Source of the DNA: the human T2T-CHM13v2.0 reference genome, Homo sapiens
Length of the DNA: 64,000 nucleotides
Strand: one strand, 5' to 3'
Assembly: GCF_009914755.1 (NCBI RefSeq)
Contig: NC_060927.1
Under the pieces are notes generated by a model. It had not been told where the DNA came from. It worked only from the letters and a program-made list of their open reading frames with translations, and made no database searches. The translations under genes were made by a program, and so were the position numbers. Of the stretch, positions 41,011 to 54,354 are shown in pieces; positions within the stretch are counted from its first letter, which is position 1; the number at the start of each line of letters is the position of its first letter.

Positions 41011-44000
41011 TGTTGGAATCGTCATAACTGTCATCATCATTGATGTTATGGAGATAACATTAACATATCATGGAGATAAATTGTTATGGAGAGAAGGGAA
41101 GAGGAAGAAAAAGAAGACAAGAGGTTTATACTGTTGTAGGTATAGTTTGGCTCTAAAATATGAGCACAACACCTACCAGGGAGTCTTCTTAGGTCCCACT
41201 AAACACTCAGATTTATGAGACTACCATGGGCCATCTTGGGTACTGATCTACTGAGAATGATAGAAGATGGGAACCACAGCTTGCCAGCAGAGCAGTGCTT
41301 GCAGCAGTTCAGCTCAGCCATCGGCTTAGGTGCAAGGAGGTAAGATCTGCATTGGGCAGCTGTAGGAGCTGCCATGGCTTATAAACTCCATGCCCCATGG
41401 GAACCAGTATGTTTGGTAACAACTCCGTTGGCACAGCTTCCAGAGTTTCTGCAATGAACATTGCAGTTATAAAAATCACCACCTCAGGGATGTCCAAGCT
41501 ATGGTGTACCCATCAGGTATTTGCAGTTCACTTACAGTTCCTCCCAATCAAGATGAAATTTGTGAAGCAGGGGATTTTTTTTTTACCATAAGAAACATGA
41601 TTTAGCAACATGTTGGCACATACCATCTTTTATCTGTTTTCAGGGAAGCTGAACTTGGATGTTAACTGAAGGTCAAATTACCATGTAAGAGGGGAAAGGG
41701 TTTTGTTAACCCTTTGCTCGTAGTGGGATATTTGGCTGTTTCACAGAGAAATCCGACCTGTTCTAGATTGTGAGGAACATGTAAGGGTGTTAGACATGGG
41801 ATTTGAGATTTAAGGAATTTGGGTATGGAAGGTGTAAGAAATGAGTTAGGGGATCCGTAGCATGTTTACAGATCAGAGACGTGGCCTGGTCAGTGAGATG
41901 TTTGGCATCCTGGCCAGTTACTGAGGATACAGTGAAAGTGTCTCCCAGGTAACCAGGCTGTGCTGTCCTTCCTTGAGCAGACTGGATTTATGACAAAAGA
42001 CAAAAATGGCTTCTCTTTTACACAATATATAAAAGTATGCCAACTGACATGCCAAAAACACGAAGGAAACAAGCAGAGCTTCAAGAGATATTTATTACAC
42101 CTACAGCCTCTCAGGCCCATATCCCAGCTGCCTCCCCCGTCTGTAGATGTCCGTGTAATGATCTCTTCAGAACCTAAATACTCTGTGGTCTGCAGGGTTT
42201 GCAGGATACGAAAGAGGTGAGATGTCACATTCTTTCAGTAAGGAATTCTTGGAACCTGGAGAAAACTCCACATTTTGGGGTCCTTTATGAGGTCTGTGTG
42301 TTGCCCTATTTGCACAAGAAAATGTGTCCTGGGTCAGTCCAAGTTCCATGAAAGCAAAATTGTAAAGTGGGGAGATTTTGCCTTTGATTCTCACGTCTAT
42401 TTTAGGGCTTCCCTCCTACTCTCTAGGACCTCTCTGCCACTTTGTAGGATCTCATCCCTGGGCCATGTTCACAAAGGACCTTGCCCTCCTACTAAACTGT
42501 TTCTATATTCAGGATAAGCTAATTCCAGGAGGGATTGCATGAAAAATTGCATTTTAATAGGCATCTCACCTGAGTGAAAAACTGTTAAGAGCCAAAGGAA
42601 CTGAGTCTCTAATAGTGAGAGTTGAGGTGTAGCAGAGAGGGTGGGGAAGGGAGAGTCTGGAAGCAAGCCAAGAGGAAGTAAGATTCCCTGGTCAGGCCAC
42701 CCAGGGACAGCAGGAAGGCACCAGTGCCCTCAGGCAGAGCCCTGAGAGGGTGTCTGGGTCTCTGAGTGCGTGAAGGTGGAGGTGGTGGGAGGATGGACAG
42801 GCACCTTTGGGCTGTGTCTGTGCGGTGCCCTGCGGTCACTCTGGGGGTGCATGTCTAGGTGGGTGGGCGGTGGATGTGTTTGCATATGAGCTGCAGGTGT
42901 GATTCCCCATTTACTGCAATCTTAAATTCATACCTTTCATCTGTTTTTTACTATAATGAAAACATTTAGGAAATATGTGCAATAGAATATATGCTCATAT
43001 GCAGATTTCAGAATCTATCATATATGTAGCACTTAACAAAGCATTTTCATAGCCATCATTTTATTTGAATCTCCCTGATACCCTAAGGTTTAAGTAGTTT
43101 AAATTATTACCCACATTTTATAGATAAGGAACTGAATTTCAGACCAATGATAAAACTTGTCAAAGTTTATACAGCAGAGTCTGTACTGATTTGAATTCTG
43201 TTCCTTGCGCTCTAACACTCATACAATTTTATTTTGGAATTGACTGGGCGGCTAGTTTCCCAGATATAACAAGGTTCACCCGCAAGGAGGTTGTTAGTTC
43301 TCTCTAGGGCACAAGCTTTTATGGATGCACCACTGTAGTGTACACAGGGTATAGTGAACATGATTGATATTGGGATGCACATATTTAGGCAAAGAAAAGC
43401 CATTGGTTGTCTTGTGTCCTCTTAATCAGCTCATCAAAGCTGAATATGAACATATTTAATACCAATGTAATCTATAATTAGAGTATAAAATACTAACAAT
43501 AGATAATAAGGTGGTTTGAAAGTTAAAACTCTAAATCAGATGCTATTGCTAAATTTGGCAAATGAAGGAAAATAAACATAAGATTCTTAATATACTTGTC
43601 CTATGAAATAATTTATGCTTCTTAAAAAAAGAACAATAATAACATTTTAGCTATTCCTATTATTGAAAGGAGAAAAAGGTTTCTGTTTGTTTTCCTAATT
43701 TGCATTTAAGTAGATTCATTTAACATTTACTGTATTAAGAACTAGATTTGTATATTTTCACTGGGTTTTAGCCAGCAGAAAAAAAAATTACTTAGCTTGG
43801 TTAAAAACAAAACCCCAAAAGAAAAGGAAAAAAAAACCCCAAATGACTTACATGTAACATCTATCTTCTTAATGAGACTAAACTATGTTAATTTCAAAGA
43901 GATACAATTTCATTATTTAGACACGAACTTTCCTCTTTGTAGAATTTTTTTTGTTATATTACACTTTGATGAACTCACCATTTGTGGCTTCTCAAAAAAC

Positions 44001-44702
44001 AAAGACAAGTTTGAAGGCACTTTGGAGATATTTTTAGTTTAAAATGTCCTAGCTGGAAGGGAGCTTAGAAAGAGTCCACTTATCTGGAGACTAGCAACCG
44101 AATAACCTATGACCAACTCATAGTATTCATTCATTCATTCATTCATTCAGTGAGTATTGAGAGAACTAGAGCTATTTGAATCAGCCATCCCCAGACACCT
44201 GGCACTCCATCTTGGTGGGGCAGGCAGTGGAGGAAGAGGAGAAGAAAGAGGAGGTAGAGAAGGAGGAGCAGGCTAGATATTGACAGGGAAGTGTTCCAAC
44301 TGAGGAATAGCACCTTACCCCAGATAGAGTACCATCTGGGGTAAGAGATCATTCAGGTTCTGAAGAGATTATTACACGGACATCTACAGCTGCCCTTTCA
44401 GCTAACTTTTAGGGATAACTGCCCTGGGGAGCTCAAGCAGAGAAAGTCTTACAGCCATATGAGTGGGAGGCAGGGCGGTGTCCCCAAAGCATGGCTCAGT
44501 GGGCACTCAGTGAATGTAGCCTTGGGTAGAATGAATTAAATCTACACCCTGGACTTTACTTCCCTGAACCTGTTTTCCTGCCTGGGAAGTGGGCCTGATG
44601 ATAGCACCTTGTGGGATTGTTTTATGGATGCAATGTAATGATGAAGGGTGAGTGGACATTTTGAACTCTAAAGCATCACACAATTGTCAGGGCTGAGACT
44701 AA

Positions 44703-44897
<195 letters not shown>

Positions 44898-46339
44898 TAA
44901 AACAATGCCATTTTTCTCACTGACATTATTTTATTCAAAAAGATAGAAATGTAAGTTGTAGCAATGAATATATCTTCTGATCCAGGAGAATCAACAAAAC
45001 TATTTTTTATTTTGGGTGGAAAAAATGCATTCTATACATTTCCAAATTGTGCGTATTATAAACCAGGATGCTTGCCTCCATTCTGCAAACCACTATCTCT
45101 TCAAATGAGGAGAAGATCAGAAATGAAGTAACTTTTCCACAGTCTCATGTGGAGTTAGTGACAGAGCTGGGCCTGGAACCAGTGTAGTCTTCATCTCACT
45201 TGACTGTATGTATACATGCACACGCATGCATTCATGTATGCACACATTCTGCCTCTGCAGCCAGTTCCACTGAATGTAACAGAGATGACTATGAACCTTG
45301 CAGACAGCCAGCCTTGCAGGGGTGAGGATTATATGCTAGTAGGCAGCAAGTTTAGGTCTAGAGAAGATTTGTGATTGTCCCTTAGGAAACCTTGGTTCCT
45401 GACATCACATGAGACCATCTAATCCCCAGAGCAGGTCTTTTTCTCTCTACTGAGATGTGTATCACCTCTTTGGAGCGCCACCTCCAGTGAAAGCTAAACT
45501 TTTCCAGAATGTCCCAGACCCCAGTGACAAGCTTGTATGCTCCAAATGTAGGAGGCAAAATCAGTTGGGATGGCATGGGCGCAGACCTCATTTTGTAAGA
45601 AGCTGATTCAGCAAGGTGCACAGTTCCTTCAGCACTCTCAACTCTCACCTGTCTTTAACTCATTTTTATATTGCTTTCCACCCTAATTGGCCTGTGTTCA
45701 GCTTTCCCTACTCTGTGGTTGAGGGATCTGGTGCTGAGCAATCTAATCATTCTGGTGCCAGCACATAACTCATCTGCTTATTTGCATATCTAAGTGACCA
45801 TTTAACATAACATACAGGGAAGGTCACTAATCGGCCACTGAAACATCCAAGAAAGTGTATGGAGTGAGCGCTTTTCATCACAAGTTCTAAGGACTTCAGG
45901 CATTTCAGACTTTCATTAACTTTATTGATTCTTTTGTCAATAAAGAAAAGAAATGAGAAATTATTTTAAAATAGGGCTGGGAGGCAGAATTCTAAAGATA
46001 AAAATTATAGAATCAGAGTCCTCTAAATTCCTGTCTTCTTTTCCTTCTTGTCCTTAATAATAATTAAAGAAGAAAAAATAAAAGCCCTGAACAAATGCCT
46101 GTGATGTGAGGGTAGCTGAGGCTGGAGGACCCAGGATAGTGCACACAGCACAAATATCGACCCAACCTCTACAGGAGCCCCAGCCTGAAATAAATTCTCT
46201 GACACTCAGAAGTAAAGAATGGTCCTTTCGTCCTTTCTTTACTGTTGGTGTAAGTAGATGGAAGTGTAATTCAAAAGGGAGAATAATCTCCAAATCATGC
46301 ACGTTTGCCTTTGGAAGGTGATGTTTTTATACTTAAGTG

Positions 46340-47370
46340 TGAGTTGTTACAGCCCTGATGTCTCTCTCCTGACCTTTAGACACAAATCTAACTGCCTACT
46401 GGATACCTCCCCTTGAAACTCTCACAGGCCTCCCAAACTCAGCACATCTAAAACGGAACATACAATTTCCCACCCAAGCTTCTTACCTTCTTCTTTAGGC
46501 AGCATCTGTGGTGGTACTTTTTATTACCAGGACTCAGGTGCCATGCCAGAAGCCTGGCTGTTCTCTCTAGCTCTTCCCCACCTTCTCCTCTCTAAACAAC
46601 TAAGTCCCCAATCCTGCTCCCAGTAGCTCTCAAATCTGCCAATTTCTCAGACTCTACTGCCACTCCCGTAATCCAGGACTCCGGGTCCTCGCCCTCGTCA
46701 GGATTTCAGTAGCAGCCTTCTAGCCATTTTCTCTTCCCTTCCAGTCCACATCCCTCACTGTCATCAAAGCTCACTTCACACTTCACTACCCAGCTTAAAA
46801 CCTCCCACCAGCACCTGGCAGCCGACAATGTGTGGTCCAGGTTCCCTGAAGCCTGTGTGCAAGGCTCTTTGTGGTCAGTCTGTCCCACCTGCCTCCCCAG
46901 CCACACTTCCTCCTTGATGTCAGGCTCCAGAAACACAGCTGAGGACCCTTCATTGCCCTCGACACAGTGGGCTATCCCAGTTCTGTCGCTTTGCCTGAGC
47001 ATGCATCCCACTGGCCTTCATCTGGCTGATTCCTATCTGAATCAAGGTTTGACTCAGGTGTCACCTCCTCTGAGAAGCCTTCTCTGCTCTTCCCCATCTC
47101 ACTCCTCAAGGATAGGTGAGGTGGCCTCTTCTGTGCTCCCTCAACAGCCAATATTCACCTCTATCTTATCAGTAGATGTTTTTTTGAGTTGTAATTTTAA
47201 TCACATTGTGTGCCAGATTATAATAAAGTTGTATCTGAGTCCATGTCAACTTTCCACATTAGCCTTTAAGCCACTAATACTCAAGAACCATATTTTAGTC
47301 ATTTTTGCCTCATGCCACCTCCAGCGGTCCCTGGCACATAGCAGGTATCCCATAAATACTGGTTGAATGT
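46340..47370 (+). mobile_element. L2 element (3' region)
   Basis: TCTAACTGCCTACTGGA...CTCAGCACATCTAAAAC...CCTGGCACATAGCAGG...ATAAATACTGGTTGAATG. Confidence 0.75.
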
Positions 47371-47607
47371 AATTGAAGTAGTAACTCACTCTTCTGTTCA
47401 AGGGACATAATTGGATAAGGCTGCAGTTCTGGCTCCAGAGAGCTGGTGCAATCATGGCCACTTCTTAGCCTGTTTCTGTTCTCAGCTGTTTCCTGCTTCA
47501 CTCTGCAACTGGGCTGTGGCCTTTAGTCCATCCCAAATGGATTGTGAGGCTTAAGTAGTGCAGTTCTCTTCTCCAAGTATACTCTTTCACACCTTTCTTG
47601 GCTTTTG

Positions 47608-47865
47608 CTGACTTAGCCATTGTTTTTTGGTCCCTAGCATGTGTGAGTCACTGAGCTGAGATGATGAGGAGCCTCGAGCTGTGGCACACTGGAAATGGTT
47701 GAGTTTCCAGGTCCTCACCCACATCAGGATTTCTGTAGCAGCCTCCTAACCATTTTTCTCTTCCCTTCCAGTCCGCATCCCCTTGGGGAAGAGAAACTGT
47801 AAGGGACATGTGATGGCTATCTTCAAATATTTAAAGGGCTGCCTTAAGGAGAAAATAGTAGAATT
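47608..47865 (+). repeat. Three-segment mosaic copied from 49401-49497, 46680-46754 and 49517-49598
   Basis: Direct alignments, each ~88-90% identical. Confidence 0.9.
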
Positions 47866-48985
47866 TCCTGCTCTGGACAGAATATTACAGAAAGTCCAAC
47901 TTAAACTGGCTTTAATAATAAAGAGGATTTCTTGGCTCAGGTCCAAGGAAGTCCAGAGACAAAGTGGAAACCAGACAATGCTCAGCCAGGGCTCTGCCTG
48001 CTTCCTGCAGTTGTCTTGGCTCCACCCTTTCTCTACCCATTGGCTTCACCCTCAGGCTGCCAGAAGAATGGCTGCAGCAATTTGAGGTCAGAGCCACATA
48101 CAACAATACTGGAAGAAGAGAAGCCATAACTAAATAACTAGGATTCTGTTTTCCTAGAAGTTTCTAGCAAACTTCCCTCATGTTTTATTGTACTAAATTG
48201 GATCACATTCTTATATCTGAGACAATCCCATTGGTTGGGAAATGTCATGCACTGTTTGGCTTAGGTCTGGTGTCCCAAAAAGCCAGGGGTTCTGGTCAGC
48301 TCCCATTGAAGTATGTGGGCTGCCTGGAAGAGGGCTGGATACCTAAGTGAAAACCAGGGTATGGAGCTAGGAGGAGGAAGATGGCTTAATGCCCACTGTG
48401 CTAGCACCAGGTGGTACTTATACTACGCTTAAAACCCTCATCTTCTGCTTCCCAGTGGGTTATAGCAGAAACCCAGGAATTGTGAGGCTGTAGAGTTATG
48501 AGAAAAGCTGATTCACTTCAGAATCAATTCAACATTGTGTGTGGCTGGGCAGTGTATAAGGGGGGCAGAGGCGAGTAAGGATGTCCCTGTTGCTTCCTTC
48601 AAAGATTTCTCTCTTCTACTAGTGCGGCAGGAGATGCATTAAGCCTCCCAGCTTGTCTCCTCAGCACCTGTCCCTAAAGCAAGCATGCTGGTAATGGTAA
48701 ACAGCTTCCTCTCCCATCTCCCAATTATCTCACTCATTTTCTCTTTTTCCCTTAGGCTCTGTAATGCAACACAGCGGCTGCTGGTGGGGTCTTACGCTAA
48801 AAGTGAGGGCTCTCCTGAGAAATCAGGCTGTGGCCCACCCCATTAAGACCCCGAGACTCAGAACAATAACTGGTTCTCACTGAGCACCAGCAGGAGAGCT
48901 TTTTCCCCTTCCACTAGCTCTGAAAGTTTTGCCCTATTCGACCCATGACCATTCTGATTATGCTGTGCCTTCTTGTCCTCTCTAG

Positions 48986-49108
48986 ATGTTTGACTGGATA
49001 AGCCACAACAAGGAGTTATTCCTCCAGAGCCACACGGAGATCGGAGTCAGCTACCAGTACGCCCTTGACCTCCAGACGCAGCACAATCACTTTGCCATGA
49101 ACTCCATG
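48986..49108 (+). CDS. KALRN: KALRN internal coding exon (123 bp, 41 codons), spectrin-like repeat
   Basis: Not in the ORF track. Acceptor ttcttgtcctctctAG|ATG and donor ATG|GTgagc. Manual translation gives MFDWISHNKELFLQSHTEIGVSYQYALDLQTQHNHFAMNSM, continuing ...EQDAEK in frame. Phase 0-0. Confidence 0.95.
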
Positions 49109-49439
49109 GTGAGCTGAGGGGCTGTTCTCAGCACTGCCTCTGGGAGTGGGAGAGTGGGGAGAAGTGGGAGGAGGGACAGAAACAGACTTTCCACCCGAGG
49201 AAGAACTGTGAACATGCTGACCCTTTGGTGTTCCATTTGTTGGAATGGGGATGAGTGCAGGGCATGTGGCCAGCCAGCTGTTCCTGCAGCAGATTATGCC
49301 TCCAGATCCTGCTTTACACAGTGAAAGAATGTGTCCCGGGTTGCAGGAGGCATTGGCTCAGCTCAAGTCTAGAAGGGCGAGTTCCACCAGTTCCACTTCA
49401 CTGACTTAGCCAACGTTTTTTGGTCCCCAGCATGTGTGA

Positions 49440-49770
49440 GTCACTGATCGGGGATGGTGAGGGGCCTCAAGCTGTGGCACATTGGAAATGGTTGAGTGAC
49501 CCGGGGCTGTTTAGACTGGGGAAGAGAAACCCTAAGGGACATGTGATTTCTGCCTTCGAATATTTAAAGGGCTGCCTTAAAGAGAAAAGGGTAGAATTGC
49601 TTTATGTTTGTTTAGAAGGCAGAAATGTTCAGGGGATGGCAGTTTGAAGGGGCGGCAGGATGTGGCTTGGAGCAGGAGGTGGGGTGGGATGCAGTGGGAG
49701 ACAGTGAGCTCTCCATGATGAGCAGTGTTCAGGCAGATGCTGAACACTCAGAGAGGGATGTTTGCTAACT
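49440..49770 (+). mobile_element. CR1/L3 fragment
   Basis: GGGGCTGTTTAGACTGGGGAAGAGAA...GGGACATG...TTCGAATATTTAAAGGGCTGCC...GTGAGCTC. Confidence 0.6.
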
Positions 49771-50359
49771 GTTTGGCCAGATAGAACTTACTTTACCTCT
49801 CTATGCTTCAGTTTCCTTATGTATAAAATGGAAATAATAATAGCTACCATATAAGGTTGTTGTAAGGATTTAATGTGTTAACTGTAAAACAATGAGAACG
49901 GTGCCTGGCACATAGTAAGTCATCAGTAAATGCTGGTGTTATGATAATGATAAGGATGGAGGAGTTCACTCCAGATGACCACTCTTATCCCTCATAAACC
50001 TAACACTTCGGGATATATTTTTGTTTTCCTGCGTGGCTACCCCAAGATTTTATTTCAAAATTGTGTCTGCTCTTTGAAGCCATTGTATTTCAAACTCCTG
50101 CAGCCTCAGAATGCCTATCTCCTCCACCAGCTCTTTCTACTTGAATTATTGGTCCAGAAGAATAGCTCCACCATTCCTCATATATCTGAAAAACAAAGAC
50201 AGCTTATCATTGTAGCTGGTGATGTTGGGAGTGGGGCAAGTGTTAGAAAAACAGAAACAAGGTGAATCACAGAGGCCAAGAAGGAAGAGAATTTCATTGT
50301 CTACCAGGCTCTTTTAAATATGCTATGCACTAGAGTTAACACACTGGAGAAGAAATATT

Positions 50360-50404
50360 TTAGGTTGGTGCAAAAGTAATTGTGCTTTTGCCATTACTTT
50401 TAAT
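50360..50404. mobile_element. Half MADE1 (Hsmar1 MITE)
   Basis: TTAGGTTGGTGCAAAAGTAATTGTGCTTTTGCCATTACTTTTAAT. The second inverted arm is missing. Confidence 0.85.
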
Positions 50405-52831
50405 TAAATAATTCTGGCCTCAAGTTGTTCACTGTCTAGCTAGAGAAAGAAAAGTAGATAATCATGGTGCAGCTTGATATGTGCAGTGATAGAGATATGC
50501 CGAGTTAACCAAGAACCTTAAAATGTCAGTGGTTGAAAACAACAGAGGTTTGTTTATTGTTCCTACCACACACCCATCCCTAGCTTGTAGGAGCTCTGCT
50601 TATCATAGCCACCCAGAGAGACCTGGGCTGATGGTATAGTCACCAGCTCAGATCTGCCAGCTCAGATGCTGCCAGTCTTGCCAGGCAAAGCATGTACCCA
50701 AGGACACATGCTGGACACATGCTGGCTCTGAAACTTTCCAACTAGAAGTGATACATTTGCTCACATTCCGTTGGCCAACGCCAGTCACAGAACCACGTCC
50801 AATTTGAAGTGGCTGGGGACATTGTGCAGTCCTATCACGTGCTGGGAAAGAGAGAGCAGGATGGTTGTGAACAGCTCTAATGACTAGCACACTGAAAGAT
50901 GTTAGGTAGAGGTGAACATCATGAGACTTGCATAGAAAGATCACTCTGGCTGCAGAGATGAAGGTTATGAGACCAGGCAGGGAAATCATCAACACTGATT
51001 GTGTTATCAGTCTTGGCCACAACACAGTCTTGTGTCTTCATCTCAGTGTAAAGACTCATTTTCTTCCCACTGGTCTCCTGTAGATATTTCTCATTTCTGT
51101 CTCCCTTTAGTGTAGAGCAGCAAAGCAATTGGTAACAGGTGATTAAGAACGTGAACTCAAATCTAGTCAAGTCTGATTATTTGTGTGCCTTGTGGATTTT
51201 CCCTGGTGAGTTTTACAAATTCTGTGCCAGAATTTTCACATTACCCAACAGCCTGGCCCTAAGGCAGACAAACTCATTTTAATAAGCAACAAAGACAACC
51301 ATAATTAGGGAGGTAAATCCACCACCAAGCCCCTAGAAACAGTGAACTGCAAAGTTAAATCAAAAGAGCCTTTGGTTTTGAATTATCTGTAATTATCTTT
51401 GAATTAACTGCTCTTCTCTGCTAGTGTGGATAACTGAGAGTTAACAGCACATCAAAAACCTTTCTTCAGACAGATTTACTGTTGAAGTCTCCATTTTTTA
51501 GGACAAAAATAAGGGAGGAAATTTACTGAAGGGAAGTATCTTCTGGAACTGGAGAGAGAAGAGAAGAGATTTAGTATGCAACAGCCAATTAGTGTGTCCC
51601 AGCCAATCTTGTAGCCTCCCTCACTGTGAATGCACACAGCACTCAGAGGCTTCCTTGGCCTGATTAGGCTGGATCTCCTCTCTGGCTTCAGGGTAAGGGA
51701 AGGGAAATCCCAGGGTTTTTGGATCAAATTGCTTGCCCGCCTGTGCTTGATAAACATACCTGGTGCCTTTGTTAAATGGGAGGTTTAAGGTTTGTTATTA
51801 AAAGAAACTTCCTGCAAAGAGGGAGGTCAGCATCCCAAGCAGGTGAAAAGAGGGAATTACAGATTCCTTTTCTCTGGCCTGGGTGATGGATGTTGCTGCC
51901 AAGAAACACATGTATGCAAGTGGCTACTGCTCGAACTCAGTGACTACAGGAATGATCAGTTACTCAGGGGAAGTGGGAATGTGGATTGTTGTGTAGATTC
52001 ACTGCAGCGTTTCCGTTCTTGGAAATTATACACACACATATACATATACCCACACATCCATTCATGTAAATGTACATATAGCATACTTTGTTTTAGGCTG
52101 CAGGTAAGTCTTTTGGTATTGAATCTTATTTTACCACACGGAAATAGGCCAATGGTTCCTTATGTTTCAGGTAGTTCACAGATCCCTTTGAAATCAAATG
52201 AAGGTTGTGAATCCTCTCTTCAGAGAAATGTATGCATAAACACATTTTTAAAGACAGTTTCCGGAGATTCAGGGGAATCCTAAAACCTGTCAATCAACCT
52301 CCCCAACTTAAGGTTCTAAGAACCTTATCTCTTCTTTATTCACTCATTTAACATATAATTAAAGATCAGACATTGTATTGGATACTGAGCATATAGTGGT
52401 GAACAAGACAGAGATGATTATGTCTCATGGAGAGTCCAGCGGAGAGATAGATGTTAAGTATATAATCTCACAAATAAATATATAATTACAAACCAATAAG
52501 TCTTATGTTGGAAGAGTAAGGGATGTTAGGACAGAGTTTAAGAAAAGGACCCAATTTAGATGAGGGGGTGGTCAGGTCAGGTACATTTTTCAATCAACCA
52601 TCTGCATTGACTTAATGTTGATTGTTCATTCATTGATAGAAATTAATGGCCTGTGAATTGAAGTAACTCTATAATGTACCAAAGAACTTATAATTTAAAG
52701 AAGTCCTAGGTGTATCATTTTGTCAATGAAAATAATCAACTAATAACTTACCTGTTCTGTTTTATTTTCACATGTCAAGTGTTTATACATTGGTTGAAGA
52801 CCCAATTCCAGCAAAGGTGACCATTACTGAG

Positions 52832-53240
52832 AGTATTAATTTGCTAGGGCTGCCATAACAATGTCATGGACTGGGTGGCTTGAACAACAGAAATTTGTTT
52901 ACTCACAGTTCTGGAATCTAAAAGTTCAAGATCAAGGTGATGGCAGGTTTAGTTTCTCTTGAGGCCTCTCTTCTTGGCTGGCAGATGGCTACCTTCTCAC
53001 TGTGCTGCCACGTGGCCTTTTCTCTGTGAGCACACACCCTGGTATCTCTCTGTATGTCTTAACCTCCTCTTTTTATGTAAAGATACCACTCAGACTGGAT
53101 TAGATCCCACCCTAATGGCCTCATTTTAACTTAATTACCTATTTAAACACCCTATCTTCACATGCAGTCAGTTTTTAATGGTACTTGGGGGTTAGAACTT
53201 CAACATATAAATTTTGGGGCTCTGCTATTCAGTCTGTAAT
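52832..53240 (-). mobile_element. MaLR solo LTR (MLT1C-like)
   Basis: GCTAGGGCTGCCATAACA...CTGGGTGGCTT.AACAACAGAAATTT...CTCACAGTTCTGGA...CTTCAACATATAAATTTTGGGG. Confidence 0.85.
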
Positions 53241-54320
53241 AAAAAGAAATAATTGCATATCATTAAATCACAGAAGAAAAATCAGAAATTTTCTAAATTT
53301 TATCTATGAATTGGTACCAGGAGAGGCCATCAATTATTAACATACCAAGAGTGTGGGAGTGATATCCTACTAAATATGGTACATAAATAAAATGAAAAAA
53401 AGTTAAAATTGGTTGATCTTTAGATTTTTTATCATAACATGTGTTTTTGAATTTCCCACTGGGAAACCCAGTTCTTTTGATCTTCAATTAATAGTAATAA
53501 TAACAACAACCCACCTACTAAACCCAGTAGGAAAATTTTCTGTTGCTTCTTACAGTGCCTCAGACAACCAGCTTTCCTGAGCTCTCTGGGGCCTTCCTCT
53601 TGTTTAATTCTGCCTTCTGTTGTGGAAGCCTTTTGCATAAATTTTCCTTCCCCTGATTGTGGCCTTCTACTCTGATGGGAGTATGGGCAGATGGAAGTGA
53701 AGTTGGGTGGTAATATGCACAGAACAGTCATCTAACCATCTATGTTCTGGTTCTTCATGCGACTCGCAGGAGTACATGCAAACGTAACACAATCTTATTT
53801 ACAATTTTAATTAGCTGGTTCTTTGGGAAAAATAAATTGCTAATGGCTTCTGTCTAGAGTTTTAAAATATGAAATGATATTCATTTTCTATTATGACTGT
53901 GAGGATTCACAGTAGTGATAACAATGTGCAGCTGGGCGGGAGGAATCCTTTCTGCTGCAGCATGCTTGATAGCTGTTTTAATCCCACTAATTTGCTCGCC
54001 AAAGGCACATATTGCCACTTGATGGTGTGCAAATCAGACCAGTTGCAGAAAAAAAACTACAGTGTGTTCTCTCTTTGTTTTGAGGGAAGGTTACAAATGA
54101 CAGCACCAAGGAAAAATCAGATCTGGTATGAGAAAAATCAAGATTCTGAGGCAGGCAGGTGGTCTCCCAACTCTAATCTCCCAACCCTAATCTGAGAAAC
54201 CTTGCCCCAAGCCCTCTGTCATCTTTGATTCTTGGCAGCCCTAAACCATGATTCTGTGGCACTTCCCATCTCCAAACAGGCAGCATTTTTTAGAATGTCA
54301 GAATTTCTAGATTTTGTTGT

Positions 54321-54322
<2 letters not shown>

Positions 54323-54352
<30 letters not shown>
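54323..54352. repeat. (AC)15 microsatellite
   Basis: Read directly from the sequence. Confidence 0.95.

Positions 54353-54354
<2 letters not shown>

Noticed and set aside
48986-48988. ATG at the exon start as an alternative translation start
   Set aside because: It is an internal in-frame Met directly after the splice acceptor. No promoter or 5'UTR evidence is visible.
50360-50404. Possible miR-548-type hairpin from MADE1
   Set aside because: Only one arm of the MITE remains, so it cannot form the pre-miRNA stem.
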